Source: an uncultured delta proteobacterium (GTDB lineage Bacteria > Myxococcota > Myxococcia > Myxococcales > Myxococcaceae). From it: 64,000 nt of DNA. Location: the NCBI GenBank assembly GCA_963713045.1, contig CAVQKE010000007.1, positions 160,001 to 224,000 of the forward strand, in the 5' to 3' direction. The notes beneath the pieces were generated by a model, which was given only the letters and a program-made list of their open reading frames with translations, was not told the origin of the DNA and did no database searches. The number at the start of each line of letters is the position of its first letter. The stretch's first letter is position 1. Below, piece after piece: positions 21,701-31,097 of this stretch. A program made the translations under genes and the position numbers.

Positions 21701-24468
21701 GTCACGCCCTTTCGGCGACGGGCGAGATAGAAGACGCCCGGTTGGGTGTTGAGCTCATCGAGCAGCCGGTAAGCGCGCCCGTCCGCAGCCAAGCGGGCGA
21801 CGGCTGAGCCCGGGTCCTTCAAGTCGCCGAAAACGATGGCCCGGGTGGGGCAGGATGCCGCGCAGGCAGAGACGATGTCGCCGTCGCGTAGCGCCCGCTT
21901 GTCGAACTTCGCCTGCTCCTCGCCCGAGCGGATTCGCTGGATGCAGAAGGTGCATTTCTCGGTGACCCCGCGCTCGCGCACCGTCACGTCGGGGTTGAGG
22001 CCCAGCCGCTCCGACGGGGCGCGCGGCCAGTCGTAAAAGTTGAAGCGTCGAACGCCATACGGGCAGTTGTTCTCGCAGTACCGCGTGCCGATGCAGCGCG
22101 CGTAGACTTGGGCGTTGATGCCTTCTTTGGTGTGGTAGGTCGCGTACGTCGGGCAGACCGACTCGCAGGGCGCGGCGGTGCACTGCTGGCACATGAGCGG
22201 CAGGAAGGAGACTTCTGGCCTCCCGTGGCTCCTGTCGACGTCGGCCCTGACGGGAATCCACGACATCGAGCGACCGAGGCTCACCTGCTCCGGGCCGACG
22301 ACGGCGAGGTTATTCTCGACGTAACACGCAGCCGTGCAGGCTCCGCAGCCGTTGCAGCGGTCAAGGTCGATGGCCATGGCCCATCGCCGCACGGGGTGCT
22401 CGACGGGCGGATACATCGACGGTAGTGGAAGGGCTGGGGGAAGCGCCGTCGCTGGCTCCTCCACGGTCCGAACGAGTCGCTTGGCGTTCTTGGCGCCCCC
22501 AGTCGCAGCGTGTGGGCGCTCAATCCTCCTCCCCGTCGGCTGAACCGTCACCCGGGTGCCAGACCCAATCAAGCTGGTGGCTGCGAGGAGCACGGTGGCG
22601 TCGCCCACTGGAACTGCGGCGGCCCCGGCGAGGATTGAATCCGTGACGAATGCCGGCAGCTCAACGCGACCGCCCGGCCCCTCGAGTCTCACCACGTCGC
22701 CAGTCTTCACTCCAAACGAAGAGGCGGTGGTCGGGTGCAGCTCGACCCAGCCGGTCCACGCGAATCCGGACAGCGGGTCCGGTATCTCCTGGAGCAGCGC
22801 GCTCCGGGACACCCGGCCGTCGAGTTGGCGAAAGCTCGGTACGACGATAAGGGGCAGTCCCTGCGGCGCTCCGCGAGGCTCGGCGGCCGGGGGGAGAGTG
22901 GCCAGTGCTTGCGGCGACAGCTCCGGCTCCACGGAAGCCACGTCCTCGAGGCGGAGCCCCCGTTCGATTTCCTTCGGCTGGAATGTCTGCCGTACAAGTT
23001 CCCCGAAGGAGCCATCGGGTAGCCCCGCGGTGCGGCCCAGCAGGCGTGCGACAGCGAGCAGCTCGTCGGCGGCCGGCCTCGTCCCGAGCACGGCCTCCAT
23101 CACCGGCTGCTGGATACCGACGACCCCAGGGCGCGCCTTGACGTCCGACCAGCTCTCCAGAAAATAGTTGTCAGCGAGGACGAGGTGCGCCTTACGCGCC
23201 GTCTCATCAAGCTGGTTGACGAATGCTGCGACGAACGGGATCCCCGCAAGTGCTCGGCCAAAGCCTGCGTAGACCGAGCCGTAGCCGAGCGGATCGGCGT
23301 GGTGGAGCACGAGCGCGCCAACCTCGCCGGCCAGCGCCCTCTGAGTAAGGTCGGTCAGGTCCATCGACGGCCGCGCAGGGGGAGCGGCCACGAAGGGCAG
23401 ACCGTTGCCAACGCTCCCGAGGAGCGCATTGAGCACCTGGACGGCCTCGGCGACCGTCGCTGCGTCGCCACCAGCGACGGCACGGCCCGGCCCGAGGCAC
23501 AGAGTTGGCCGGCCGTGGATGAGCTCCGTGGCCAAACCCTCCAGCGCTTTCGGACTGGACCCAGTTCTCTTCGAAACCGACGCGACCTCATACGGCGCGA
23601 GGCGGAGCTGAAGGGCTTCCATCGCCGCGGGCGTAAGCCCCGACTGGGCGCCGAGCCGATCGAGCGTCTGGCGGAGGAGCCCCAGTACGAAGACGCCCTC
23701 GGTCCCGGGCTCCACACCAATCCACCGGTCTGCCGCGGCCGCGGTGAGGGAGAGCCGCGGACCGACGTAAACCAGCCGGCCTCCGGCGGCCCGCTGGTCG
23801 GCGAGCGCCCGCGCGTATTCGACAGGCGAGCCCTCCTCCACAAAGTCGTCCCCGACAGAGAGAATCAACCTCGCCGCCGCAAGATTGGGCAAGGCCGTGA
23901 CTCCCGCGCCGAAGGCGCGCGTCTGACCCTCGCGGAGCCATGGCCGGTCCATCGCATCGAAAGTGACGACTTGCGACGGCGCCTGCCCGAGCGCCTCGAG
24001 CCAGGTGCGGAAGAGCCCGCCGAGGATGCCTTGCTCTGGCCGGGTGACCACGACCACCAGCTGCTTTGCATCCAGCGCGTGCTGTAGCCCGGCAACGAAG
24101 AGCTTTTCAGCTTCCTCCCAGGCCACGTCCCGGTCGCCCGCGCGCGGAGCACCAAGGCGCGTCGGCGAGTAGAGCCCCTCGATGGCCGCTTGCCCGCGCG
24201 GACAAAGCGCTCCGCGGCCAATGGGGTCCTCGGGATTCCCTTCGAGCTTCACAGCGTGCCCCTCGCGCACGCGCGCTGTGGCGCCGCAGCCGGCCGGGCA
24301 CTCTCGGCACACCGTTCGATAGTGACGCGCCAGGCCCGGGACCGCGTCGTCGGGCGGTGTGGAATACGGGACCAGGTACCGGGGGAGTCTCTCCTTGCAT
24401 CCTGTCAGGACGCCTGTCCCCAGTGTCCCGACCGCTGCTCCAAGGAAGCCTCGTCGTGTCACCCGCAT
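21697..24468 (-). CDS. ActB-like molybdopterin-oxidoreductase-fold / 4Fe-4S fusion, Tat-exported
   Basis: TRRGFLG Tat motif, KLEGNP, and a C-terminal Fe-S domain (CNGCGACTAAC, CQQC..CESVCP, CIGTRYCENNCP, CTFC..CAASCP). Confidence 0.9.
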   Translation of the reverse strand: MRVTRRGFLGAAVGTLGTGVLTGCKERLPRYLVPYSTPPDDAVPGLARHYRTVCRECPAGCGATARVREGHAVKLEGNPEDPIGRGALCPRGQAAIEGLYSPTRLGAPRAGDRDVAWEEAEKLFVAGLQHALDAKQLVVVVTRPEQGILGGLFRTWLEALGQAPSQVVTFDAMDRPWLREGQTRAFGAGVTALPNLAAARLILSVGDDFVEEGSPVEYARALADQRAAGGRLVYVGPRLSLTAAAADRWIGVEPGTEGVFVLGLLRQTLDRLGAQSGLTPAAMEALQLRLAPYEVASVSKRTGSSPKALEGLATELIHGRPTLCLGPGRAVAGGDAATVAEAVQVLNALLGSVGNGLPFVAAPPARPSMDLTDLTQRALAGEVGALVLHHADPLGYGSVYAGFGRALAGIPFVAAFVNQLDETARKAHLVLADNYFLESWSDVKARPGVVGIQQPVMEAVLGTRPAADELLAVARLLGRTAGLPDGSFGELVRQTFQPKEIERGLRLEDVASVEPELSPQALATLPPAAEPRGAPQGLPLIVVPSFRQLDGRVSRSALLQEIPDPLSGFAWTGWVELHPTTASSFGVKTGDVVRLEGPGGRVELPAFVTDSILAGAAAVPVGDATVLLAATSLIGSGTRVTVQPTGRRIERPHAATGGAKNAKRLVRTVEEPATALPPALPLPSMYPPVEHPVRRWAMAIDLDRCNGCGACTAACYVENNLAVVGPEQVSLGRSMSWIPVRADVDRSHGRPEVSFLPLMCQQCTAAPCESVCPTYATYHTKEGINAQVYARCIGTRYCENNCPYGVRRFNFYDWPRAPSERLGLNPDVTVRERGVTEKCTFCIQRIRSGEEQAKFDKRALRDGDIVSACAASCPTRAIVFGDLKDPGSAVARLAADGRAYRLLDELNTQPGVFYLARRRKGVT

Positions 24469-24479
24469 GCGTTTCCCCG

Positions 24480-25028
24480 TCACTTGTGGCACGTCATGCA
24501 GTCGCGACTCGCGTTGCGCGACTCGTGGCAGGTGAGGCATCGACCCATGGTGAATGGCTCGTTTTGCCGGACTGTTTTGGCCGCTGCCACGTCGCCGTGG
24601 CACTCCTTGCACTCAACCTTGGCGCCCACGTGCGCCCGGTGAGAGAAATAGACGAAGTCCGGCACTGTGAAGACGCGCGCCCAGACGAGAGGCTGGCCGT
24701 CCTCGAACCGTTGCGCCAGGACCTGGACCGCGGGCTTGTCCTTACCGACGAACTTGTGGCAGCCCATGCACTTTCGGCCCGAAGGCAAACCAGCGACCGG
24801 CGACTTGTCGGCGTAGACGTGGCAATCGAGGCACGGAATTTTGTACTGACCGGCGTGAATCTGATGGTCGAACGGAACCTCACCTACGGGGTTCGGCCGG
24901 GCGGAAAGCTCATCGGCCTTCTTGGAGACGGAGGGAGACTGTGGGCGCGCCTCGAAAGCGCCGAGGGTGATGGCCACGGCTGAGGCGGCGGTAGCCACGA
25001 CAAGGAATCGCCGCCTTCGTCGACGCAT
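24480..25028 (-). CDS. ActA-like pentaheme cytochrome c
   Basis: Five CxxCH motifs (CLDCH, CMGCH, CKECH, CLTCH, CMTCH); PDFVYFSHRAH. Confidence 0.9.
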   Translation of the reverse strand: MRRRRRRFLVVATAASAVAITLGAFEARPQSPSVSKKADELSARPNPVGEVPFDHQIHAGQYKIPCLDCHVYADKSPVAGLPSGRKCMGCHKFVGKDKPAVQVLAQRFEDGQPLVWARVFTVPDFVYFSHRAHVGAKVECKECHGDVAAAKTVRQNEPFTMGRCLTCHESRNASRDCMTCHK

Positions 25029-25039
25029 GCTTTTGCCGC

Positions 25040-25657
25040 TCAGCGCTTGACCGCCAGGCTTTCAGTGACGGTCTGCCCGGCCGCGACGGTTACCGTCTTC
25101 TCGGTCGCTTTGAGCTTGTCTGCGTTCCAGACCTCAAGCTGCCAAGTGCCTGGGGGGACGTCCTTGATGGTGAAGTTGCCCTTGGCGTCCACGACCGAAG
25201 CGTAGGGATTCTGGCCGACGAAGATGTATGCCAGCATCTCCGGGTGGACGCTGCAGAGCTGCGAGTAAACCCCGGTCTTCTTGAATGTGTAGCTCGCGTT
25301 CTGACCCTGCTTGAAATTGCCCAAATTGTAGCCCTCGCCATCTGGCGAGTAGACGTTGTGGTCGACCTTGTCGTGATTGAGGAATGTCACCGTGTCACCC
25401 TGGGTAACCACCAGCACGTGCGGGACGAACTTCATCCCCTGCTGGTCCATGACGCGCTTCTGCGAGGGGTAGGTCCCAGGCAGAGCCTTTAGGTACACCA
25501 CTGTGTCTTCCAGGTATTTGGCTGGCGTGGCCTCGACCTTACCGGTGATGGTCCCGCCGCCTTCGGCTTTCGCGACGCCAGCAATCCCGACGGCAGCTAG
25601 CAGCAAGGCGGCAGATAGGCGTGTGCGCAAGACGCGTCTCCTGGTCGAATTCATCAC
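25040..25657 (-). CDS. Periplasmic cupredoxin-domain protein with carboxypeptidase-regulatory-like flanks
   Basis: Signal peptide; HNVYS ... CSVHPEM type-1 copper ligand set. Confidence 0.82.
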   Translation of the reverse strand: MMNSTRRRVLRTRLSAALLLAAVGIAGVAKAEGGGTITGKVEATPAKYLEDTVVYLKALPGTYPSQKRVMDQQGMKFVPHVLVVTQGDTVTFLNHDKVDHNVYSPDGEGYNLGNFKQGQNASYTFKKTGVYSQLCSVHPEMLAYIFVGQNPYASVVDAKGNFTIKDVPPGTWQLEVWNADKLKATEKTVTVAAGQTVTESLAVKR

Positions 25658-25859
25658 CGGCTATCCGGGTCACCTGTGCAATGCCGAGGCCAAGCGGTTT
25701 CGAATCCCGGCCGTCCGACACCAGGGCCCGCTAGCAGGCCGGGAGGACTTTCCTTTCACACCACGCAGCTCTGCGCCGGCGCGAAAATTTTGCGTGCGGC
25801 GCGTCCAAGACCGCAGAGAGTGCAGGCAAAGGGGCCTCCTCTGAGCAAACAGGAAGCGG

Positions 25860-26227
25860 GCGAGCGAAATTTTCGCTGCGGCCGGCTGTGTGGCTTGCAG
25901 CGTTGCCGTCCCAACTTGGAATACGTCTCCGACCAAGACGCCGCGCTCGTCGAACTCGTCCAACGGCAAGTTCTCGCCGAACGCCGCCGGCTTGAGCGAA
26001 CGCCCTTCGCTTTTTCCCAAGTTGCGCAAATATCGAGCCCGTAGGCATAGGCCGCTTTGTCGACGCCGTGCACCATCAGGTCGGCTTGCGCATCGCCTTC
26101 CGGGTTCAGGCTCCCGAGATGAAGAGGGCCCTCGGCCCGCGCCTTCCATATGCTCGTGGTCACTGAGCGCTGCTCGTCCCATCACTGGGCGTGGCTGCCC
26201 CACGTACGTCGAGACAATTCGCATCAC
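25860..26227 (-). pseudogene. Degraded paralogue of the MOSC gene
   Basis: MRIVSTYVGQPR, TSIWK..GDAQADLMVHG.DKAAYAYG and FGENL..VGDVFQVGTA lie in different frames; 3' end missing. Confidence 0.85.
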
Positions 26228-26447
26228 GCCAGTCCACGCCGCGAGAGCCCTGCCGGGCGGGGTAGCTTGCAGTTGCGAGAGGCCACTGCGACCAAGCGCA
26301 CCTCATCTCGGAGTTCCGGCACTTGGCACGGATGACATCGCGAGACTTCACAAACCAGCGGCGACCCGGAGCGCGCACTTACCGCGGCTCATGGGGCACC
26401 GCGAGGCGGCTCTCCCCGGAAGCCTGGACAAACCCCCGTGTGCTAGC

Positions 26448-26573
26448 CCGTGGCCAATTCCGAACGTTTTGATCTATACCTCGTCACGTTGGAGCATCCT
26501 CAATCGCTATAGTTGCACCACGAGCTTGAAGGTCGTTTTTCTCTACGTTCCGGCCGAGTGGAGAGCAAAGGAC
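26448..26573 (+). repeat. Conserved ~125-bp element upstream of tRNA-Gly, copy 2
   Basis: Homologous to 14229-14354. Confidence 0.85.
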
Positions 26574-26614
26574 TAGGGGTGAGCAGTGCCCTTCTCGAAT
26601 GGGAGGGGCAGTTA

Positions 26615-26687
26615 GCGGTGGTAGCTCAGTTGGTAGAGCACGAGCTTCCCAAGCTCGGGGTCGCGGGTTCGAATCCCGTCCGCCGCT
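26615..26687 (+). tRNA. tRNA-Gly, anticodon CCC (CCA not encoded)
   Basis: Full cloverleaf: acceptor GCGGTGG/CCGCCGC, D arm GCTC/GAGC, anticodon arm CGAGC-TTCCCAA-GCTCG, T arm GCGGG-TTCGAAT-CCCGT, discriminator T. Confidence 0.97.
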
Positions 26688-26733
26688 CTCGTTTCTCCTC
26701 TGGGAAGGCCTTCCGGAGGAGATTTCGCGGGAT

Positions 26734-26890
26734 AAGACCCCGTGTGTACGTTCAAGAGGCCGGGCCGGGCTTCCCAAGCTCGGGGTCGCGGGTTCGAATC
26801 CCGTTCGCCGCTCTCTCGAAGCGAATGGAATCACTGAGGTTTCCGAGTCGCGTTTGCAACTCGGTCCGCACCCGCTGCTCCGTGTGTCTC
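26734..26890 (+). repeat. att junction A: partial arm + tRNA-Gly 3' half (26769-26812) + integrase tail
   Basis: aagaccccgtgtgtacgttc arm; gcttcccaagctcgggg..cgccgct (1 mismatch); ctctcgaagcgaatggaatcactgaggtttccga tail. Confidence 0.9.
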
Positions 26891-26947
26891 TCGGGTGCTT
26901 TTTGAAACCTCCCCAAGAAAGGAGCGCCGCCAAGTCTCCACCAACCT

Positions 26948-27994
26948 TCAGAAGGCGGCTATGCGCTGGATGACCAAGAACATCGCCACGGCGCCGATGG
27001 CATAGGGCGGCAGAAGCTGGATGAAGGGTGAGCGTTCTTGGTTGATGGGGGTGAGTAGAGAAGCGGCCCGGCGCAAGAGCGCGATTACCGACATGACGAC
27101 GCCGATGAAGAGGAATTGTCCCGCTTCAACCCCGATGCTGAAGAACAACAGCGCGGTGGGAATATGCCCAGCCGGCAAACCCGCCTCGCTGAGCCCACCG
27201 GCGAAGCCTAAACCGTGCATCAGTCCAAAGGTGAGGGCGACGATCCACGGCGCACGGGCGGTTATGCCCGCGCGGCCTTGTCGCTCGCGCAGAATCTCCA
27301 CCGCGACAAAGACGATGCTCAACGCGATGGCGGCTTCGACCGGACGTTGCGGGATGTGGACGTAACCGAGCGTCGCTAGGGTGAGCGTGATGCTGTGCGA
27401 GACCGTGAAGGCCGTGACCGTCTTGACCAGCTTCCACCCTCCCCGCGTGATGATGATCAATGCGAGCACGAACAGGAGATGGTCGATGCCCGTCAGGATG
27501 TGCTCGACACCGAGCTTGAGGTACACGCTCGCCACGGACCATCCGCTCTGCCGCATCGGGATGTTGGCCGATGGCCCTTGTCCCGTCAGCCTTTGCACCC
27601 ACGTCGTGCCGTCAGCAAATTCGATACGGACGAGCACGTCCGTCATCGAACCTTCCAGCCCACGAATGCGGAGCGTCTGTCCGCGCAGCGTCGGCGCAAG
27701 CAGCATCCACTGCTGAATGGCCGCGCCCGGTAGGGTGCGTACTGTCACCGGCGGCAACGCTGTGCTCTCGCCAGAGAACTCTGGTTCGAGTGCCAGGCGC
27801 GCGTCGCCCCGCATGGGTGTTTTCCAGAGCACGCTGAATTTGCCTGGCTCCTCTTCCCGCAGTTCCAGGTAAGCCGGCCGGATTTCATGAGCGGAGGCCA
27901 AGCTGGAAATAAAGAGGATAGCCAGTGCCCCCAACGTTTGTGGCAGCCCATGTGCGGACGCCGATAGACGAAGCCTGGCGAGTGCCGGTTTCAT
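26948..27994 (-). CDS. HupE/UreJ family membrane protein
   Basis: AHEIRPAYL, GVEHILTGIDHLLF, AFTVSHSITL, FGLMHGLGFA. Confidence 0.9.
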   Translation of the reverse strand: MKPALARLRLSASAHGLPQTLGALAILFISSLASAHEIRPAYLELREEEPGKFSVLWKTPMRGDARLALEPEFSGESTALPPVTVRTLPGAAIQQWMLLAPTLRGQTLRIRGLEGSMTDVLVRIEFADGTTWVQRLTGQGPSANIPMRQSGWSVASVYLKLGVEHILTGIDHLLFVLALIIITRGGWKLVKTVTAFTVSHSITLTLATLGYVHIPQRPVEAAIALSIVFVAVEILRERQGRAGITARAPWIVALTFGLMHGLGFAGGLSEAGLPAGHIPTALLFFSIGVEAGQFLFIGVVMSVIALLRRAASLLTPINQERSPFIQLLPPYAIGAVAMFLVIQRIAAF

Positions 27995-28899
27995 TTTGGT
28001 ACGACTGCTACCGTTGCGTTCGCCTGCGCGGCGAAGCCGTCCAGCGAACCGACAAGCGGCTTGACGTTCTCGTCCACGACCACGTCATATTTCTTTAAGA
28101 GGCTCGTGTAATACCGTTCGTTCGCCTCGCGCTGATGTTCCTCCCGCCAGGCCTCTCGCACTTGGGCTTCCACCTCGGAAAACTCAAGCTGCCGCACCGG
28201 CTTGGCGTTTGTCACGCGCACCAAATGCATGCCGAAACTGGATGCGATGGGGCCATGCCACGCGCCCTTCTCCAAAGCAAAAACTGCATTAGCGAACGTG
28301 TCTCCGAACTGACCGGCGACGGCACGCATATCCTCGTCTCGTACCTCGCCGTCAACTGGGCAGGGGTCGCCTAAGCCCCCGCTGGCCGCCGCATGCCGCG
28401 CGAGAATGGCGAGCCCGGCCTTAGCATCGGCCGCGGTGTCCCGGCGTGTTTCGGGATTGAAGAAGACATGAGTGAACGAGACGCGCGCCCGAGTTTTGAA
28501 AGTGTCGACGTTTGCCTCGTAAAAGCGACGCAGGTCGTCCTCGGTTGGCGGATTGAGCCGCGATGTGTCATCGACGATAAATTGGACCTTCTGAGCAAGA
28601 CGCCGACGGATGATGAGGTCGTTCTGATCGAGGCCCATGGCTCGCGCCTCGCGGCCGAGCAGTTCCTCTTTCAAGTACCCCGCGACCAACGCGTGCAATT
28701 CCTCGCGTGTCGGCTCGCGCTGTTGCTGACGCTCCCATGTCTCCGTGAGGAATGCGATTTCCTTGGCGGTGACATGCACCGGGCCGGTGCCACTATCCCC
28801 GTTGCTGGACTCGCCGCGATGGAGCCAGGCATACACGCCGAATAGCAACGCGCCGAGACCAAGAAAGTGAACCAGTGGCTCGTGGACCCATCGCTTCAA
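27991..28899 (-). CDS. Peptidyl-prolyl isomerase (rotamase-2/PpiC-like)
   Basis: EPLVHFL, D..IRRRLAQK, WHGPIASSFGMHLV; usual neighbour of HupE/UreJ and DUF3604 genes. Confidence 0.85.
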   Translation of the reverse strand: MKRWVHEPLVHFLGLGALLFGVYAWLHRGESSNGDSGTGPVHVTAKEIAFLTETWERQQQREPTREELHALVAGYLKEELLGREARAMGLDQNDLIIRRRLAQKVQFIVDDTSRLNPPTEDDLRRFYEANVDTFKTRARVSFTHVFFNPETRRDTAADAKAGLAILARHAAASGGLGDPCPVDGEVRDEDMRAVAGQFGDTFANAVFALEKGAWHGPIASSFGMHLVRVTNAKPVRQLEFSEVEAQVREAWREEHQREANERYYTSLLKKYDVVVDENVKPLVGSLDGFAAQANATVAVVPK

Positions 28900-30809
28900 G
28901 GTTTATACCAGATGGGCGAAGTGTAGGCCCGGTCCGTTACGGTCATCGGAACGTAGGCGGCCATCTTGATGCCGAATCGCTTCTGGTCATAGGCCGTCCA
29001 GCGAGGCGACGGAATCTGAATCACGCGGACGTAGTAAAACGCGAGCTCCGTAGCATTGAAGTGCGGGTCCTTCCAGTACGCCGATAGAAACGCCGCACCG
29101 ATGGAGTTGCTATAGGTTGCATTAGCCACGTCCACAGTGCTACCGACTAAAGTCTTGCAACTGCCGTCCGGGCCAATCTTGCGCCCGCCGGATACCGCCA
29201 CGTCGTAAATTCGCTCGTAAGTCTTACCATCCTTGCCGAGCCAGCCCTTGATGATTTGGATGCGGTCGAGGTTGGGGCCGTCCGGGTCGCGCACCGCGTG
29301 CACCATGAATGCGGGGCTCTTGCCAGCAGGCGCCTTGCTGAGGTTCCCGCCCATCGGCACACCACCGGCGTAGCCATGCGCTGCGAAGTCGGGCCGATTG
29401 TTGTCCGCCGGCACGAAGTCCCAGCCCGCGAAGACGCGCACGATTGGCCGGTCCCCAGTCGTGGCATAGGCCTCCTTGCGCTTGAGCGCGTCCCAGATGG
29501 CCTCGCGGGTATTCTCGCGCGCCCACACCCCGCCCAGGCCAGAGGCTTGCTCCATCCACACCGAGTAGGCCGGTTTCCCGTCAGCAAATTTGAGGAGTAC
29601 GTTTTGCCACCGGTCGGGGGCTGGCTCGGATTCCGTAAACTGGCCGAAAAAGTTCTCTTCCCGCATCGTAAAGACGCCCGTGTGCTCATCGCTGGCGCCC
29701 ACCATCCCGAAATTATAGGGGTTGGCTCCAAGCTTGCTTTCTAAGAGCAGTCCAAGCTTGAGCGCGGAACGCGCGTACTCGTACTGAAGCATACTGTTGA
29801 CCTTTGGCGTCGGGGGATTCCCGAGATTGCCGGCGGCCCAATACCGTTCGAAGTCCGCGAATTCGTCGTTCGGTGAGAGGAAGGGGTGGGTCTCGCTATC
29901 CCCCTTTACCTGCGTGGCCTCCATGAGCGGCTCGTGGCCGCTCCGCGCCTCGGCGTAGGCACGGTCCATCGGCTTGTGGTCAAAGGTCTCCGCGGTGAAC
30001 ATGAGGCCGTTGCTGAGGTTGCTGTTGTGCGGGATGGCGAGAACCTGGCCACCAGTCGACTTCTCGTATTTGTCCATGAACTTCCAGAGTTCCGCGGGGT
30101 CTTGGCTGTCGAACGCGGAAAATGGAACAACTTGACTCACGCGGTCCACGTTATCGCGGAAAATGAGAGTACGATGAAGATTATTGCCTCCCGGTACGGA
30201 AGTCCATTCGAAGCCGTGAAGCGTTGTGAAGACCCCAGGCTGATTGTATTTCTCGGCCGCCTCGTACGCTTCCTTCCAAGCTCCGGCTTTCAGCTGAGGC
30301 TGGTTAATCTCATCCTTGTTCTGCGCGATTGAGGTAAATACTTCAAAGGCAGCCTTAAGAGCCTGCTGTTTGCCCTGCTTGGACATGTCGTACCATTGTT
30401 TGCCCATCGGAGTGGCAAGGAGCGCGGGGCTGCTACTCCGAATTTGATCGGCTAGCCCCATATATTCGGCGTGGTCGGTGATGGCGAGCCAGTCGAGCGG
30501 TCGGTCAAGTCTAACTTGCAATCCTGTGTTGATGGTGACGACTTCGCCCCTCGAAAAACGGAACAGGTCTGCGGGACCGAGCGTGACTCCCATCAGGCCT
30601 GCGTCGGCGGAAAGGGACGTGTGGATGTGCGTGCAACCCCAAAGGACGCGGTCCGGGAAGGTCTGGTCGACGTAAGGTGAATATTGCTTCGCTGGTGCTT
30701 TTGGCGGCACCGCCCCTTTTGGACTCGCTTCCTGTGCGACGCTGGTCTTCGCAGTAAGCAGAACAATGAACATCAGAGTTGGAATGACCCTCGTCACGTG
30801 TTTCATCAT
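28896..30809 (-). CDS. DUF3604 domain protein (PHP-like fold), secreted
   Basis: THIHTSLSAD, LDWLAITDHAE, NNLHR, AIPHNSN, SDEH, RAYTSPIWY. Confidence 0.88.
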   Translation of the reverse strand: MMKHVTRVIPTLMFIVLLTAKTSVAQEASPKGAVPPKAPAKQYSPYVDQTFPDRVLWGCTHIHTSLSADAGLMGVTLGPADLFRFSRGEVVTINTGLQVRLDRPLDWLAITDHAEYMGLADQIRSSSPALLATPMGKQWYDMSKQGKQQALKAAFEVFTSIAQNKDEINQPQLKAGAWKEAYEAAEKYNQPGVFTTLHGFEWTSVPGGNNLHRTLIFRDNVDRVSQVVPFSAFDSQDPAELWKFMDKYEKSTGGQVLAIPHNSNLSNGLMFTAETFDHKPMDRAYAEARSGHEPLMEATQVKGDSETHPFLSPNDEFADFERYWAAGNLGNPPTPKVNSMLQYEYARSALKLGLLLESKLGANPYNFGMVGASDEHTGVFTMREENFFGQFTESEPAPDRWQNVLLKFADGKPAYSVWMEQASGLGGVWARENTREAIWDALKRKEAYATTGDRPIVRVFAGWDFVPADNNRPDFAAHGYAGGVPMGGNLSKAPAGKSPAFMVHAVRDPDGPNLDRIQIIKGWLGKDGKTYERIYDVAVSGGRKIGPDGSCKTLVGSTVDVANATYSNSIGAAFLSAYWKDPHFNATELAFYYVRVIQIPSPRWTAYDQKRFGIKMAAYVPMTVTDRAYTSPIWYKP

Positions 30810-31097
30810 TTCTCCCTCATGATCCGGCTATAAGCCCTAGGCTGTTCATCACTGCTTCGCACGAGCAACGATTCCGTTACGCCCGAGCACGAGCGTTGGT
30901 CGATCCCGCAGACGGCTCCGCACAAGGAGTCGACCCGCCCGGCCGTGAGTGGCACTGCTCTGTCCGGTAAGCGACAATCCCCTCCCCGCTTCAAGGACTC
31001 TAAACGCCTGCCGGACATCTTGCGGGGCGCGGAACACCCCGCCCGCAGAAGTCGGTTGCGCGTACCTACTTGATGTCTGCAGCCTCCGCTATCCGCT

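Noticed and set aside
26448..26573. Selenoprotein on the minus strand (TGA at the same position in both leader copies)
   Set aside because: Only two copies, no clear start, no recognisable SECIS and no Cys-containing homologue pattern.
14399..26812. Split or intron-containing tRNA (5' half at 14399 spliced to a downstream 3' half)
   Set aside because: No group I/II intron features are visible, an intact gene exists at 26615, and att recombination explains the halves.
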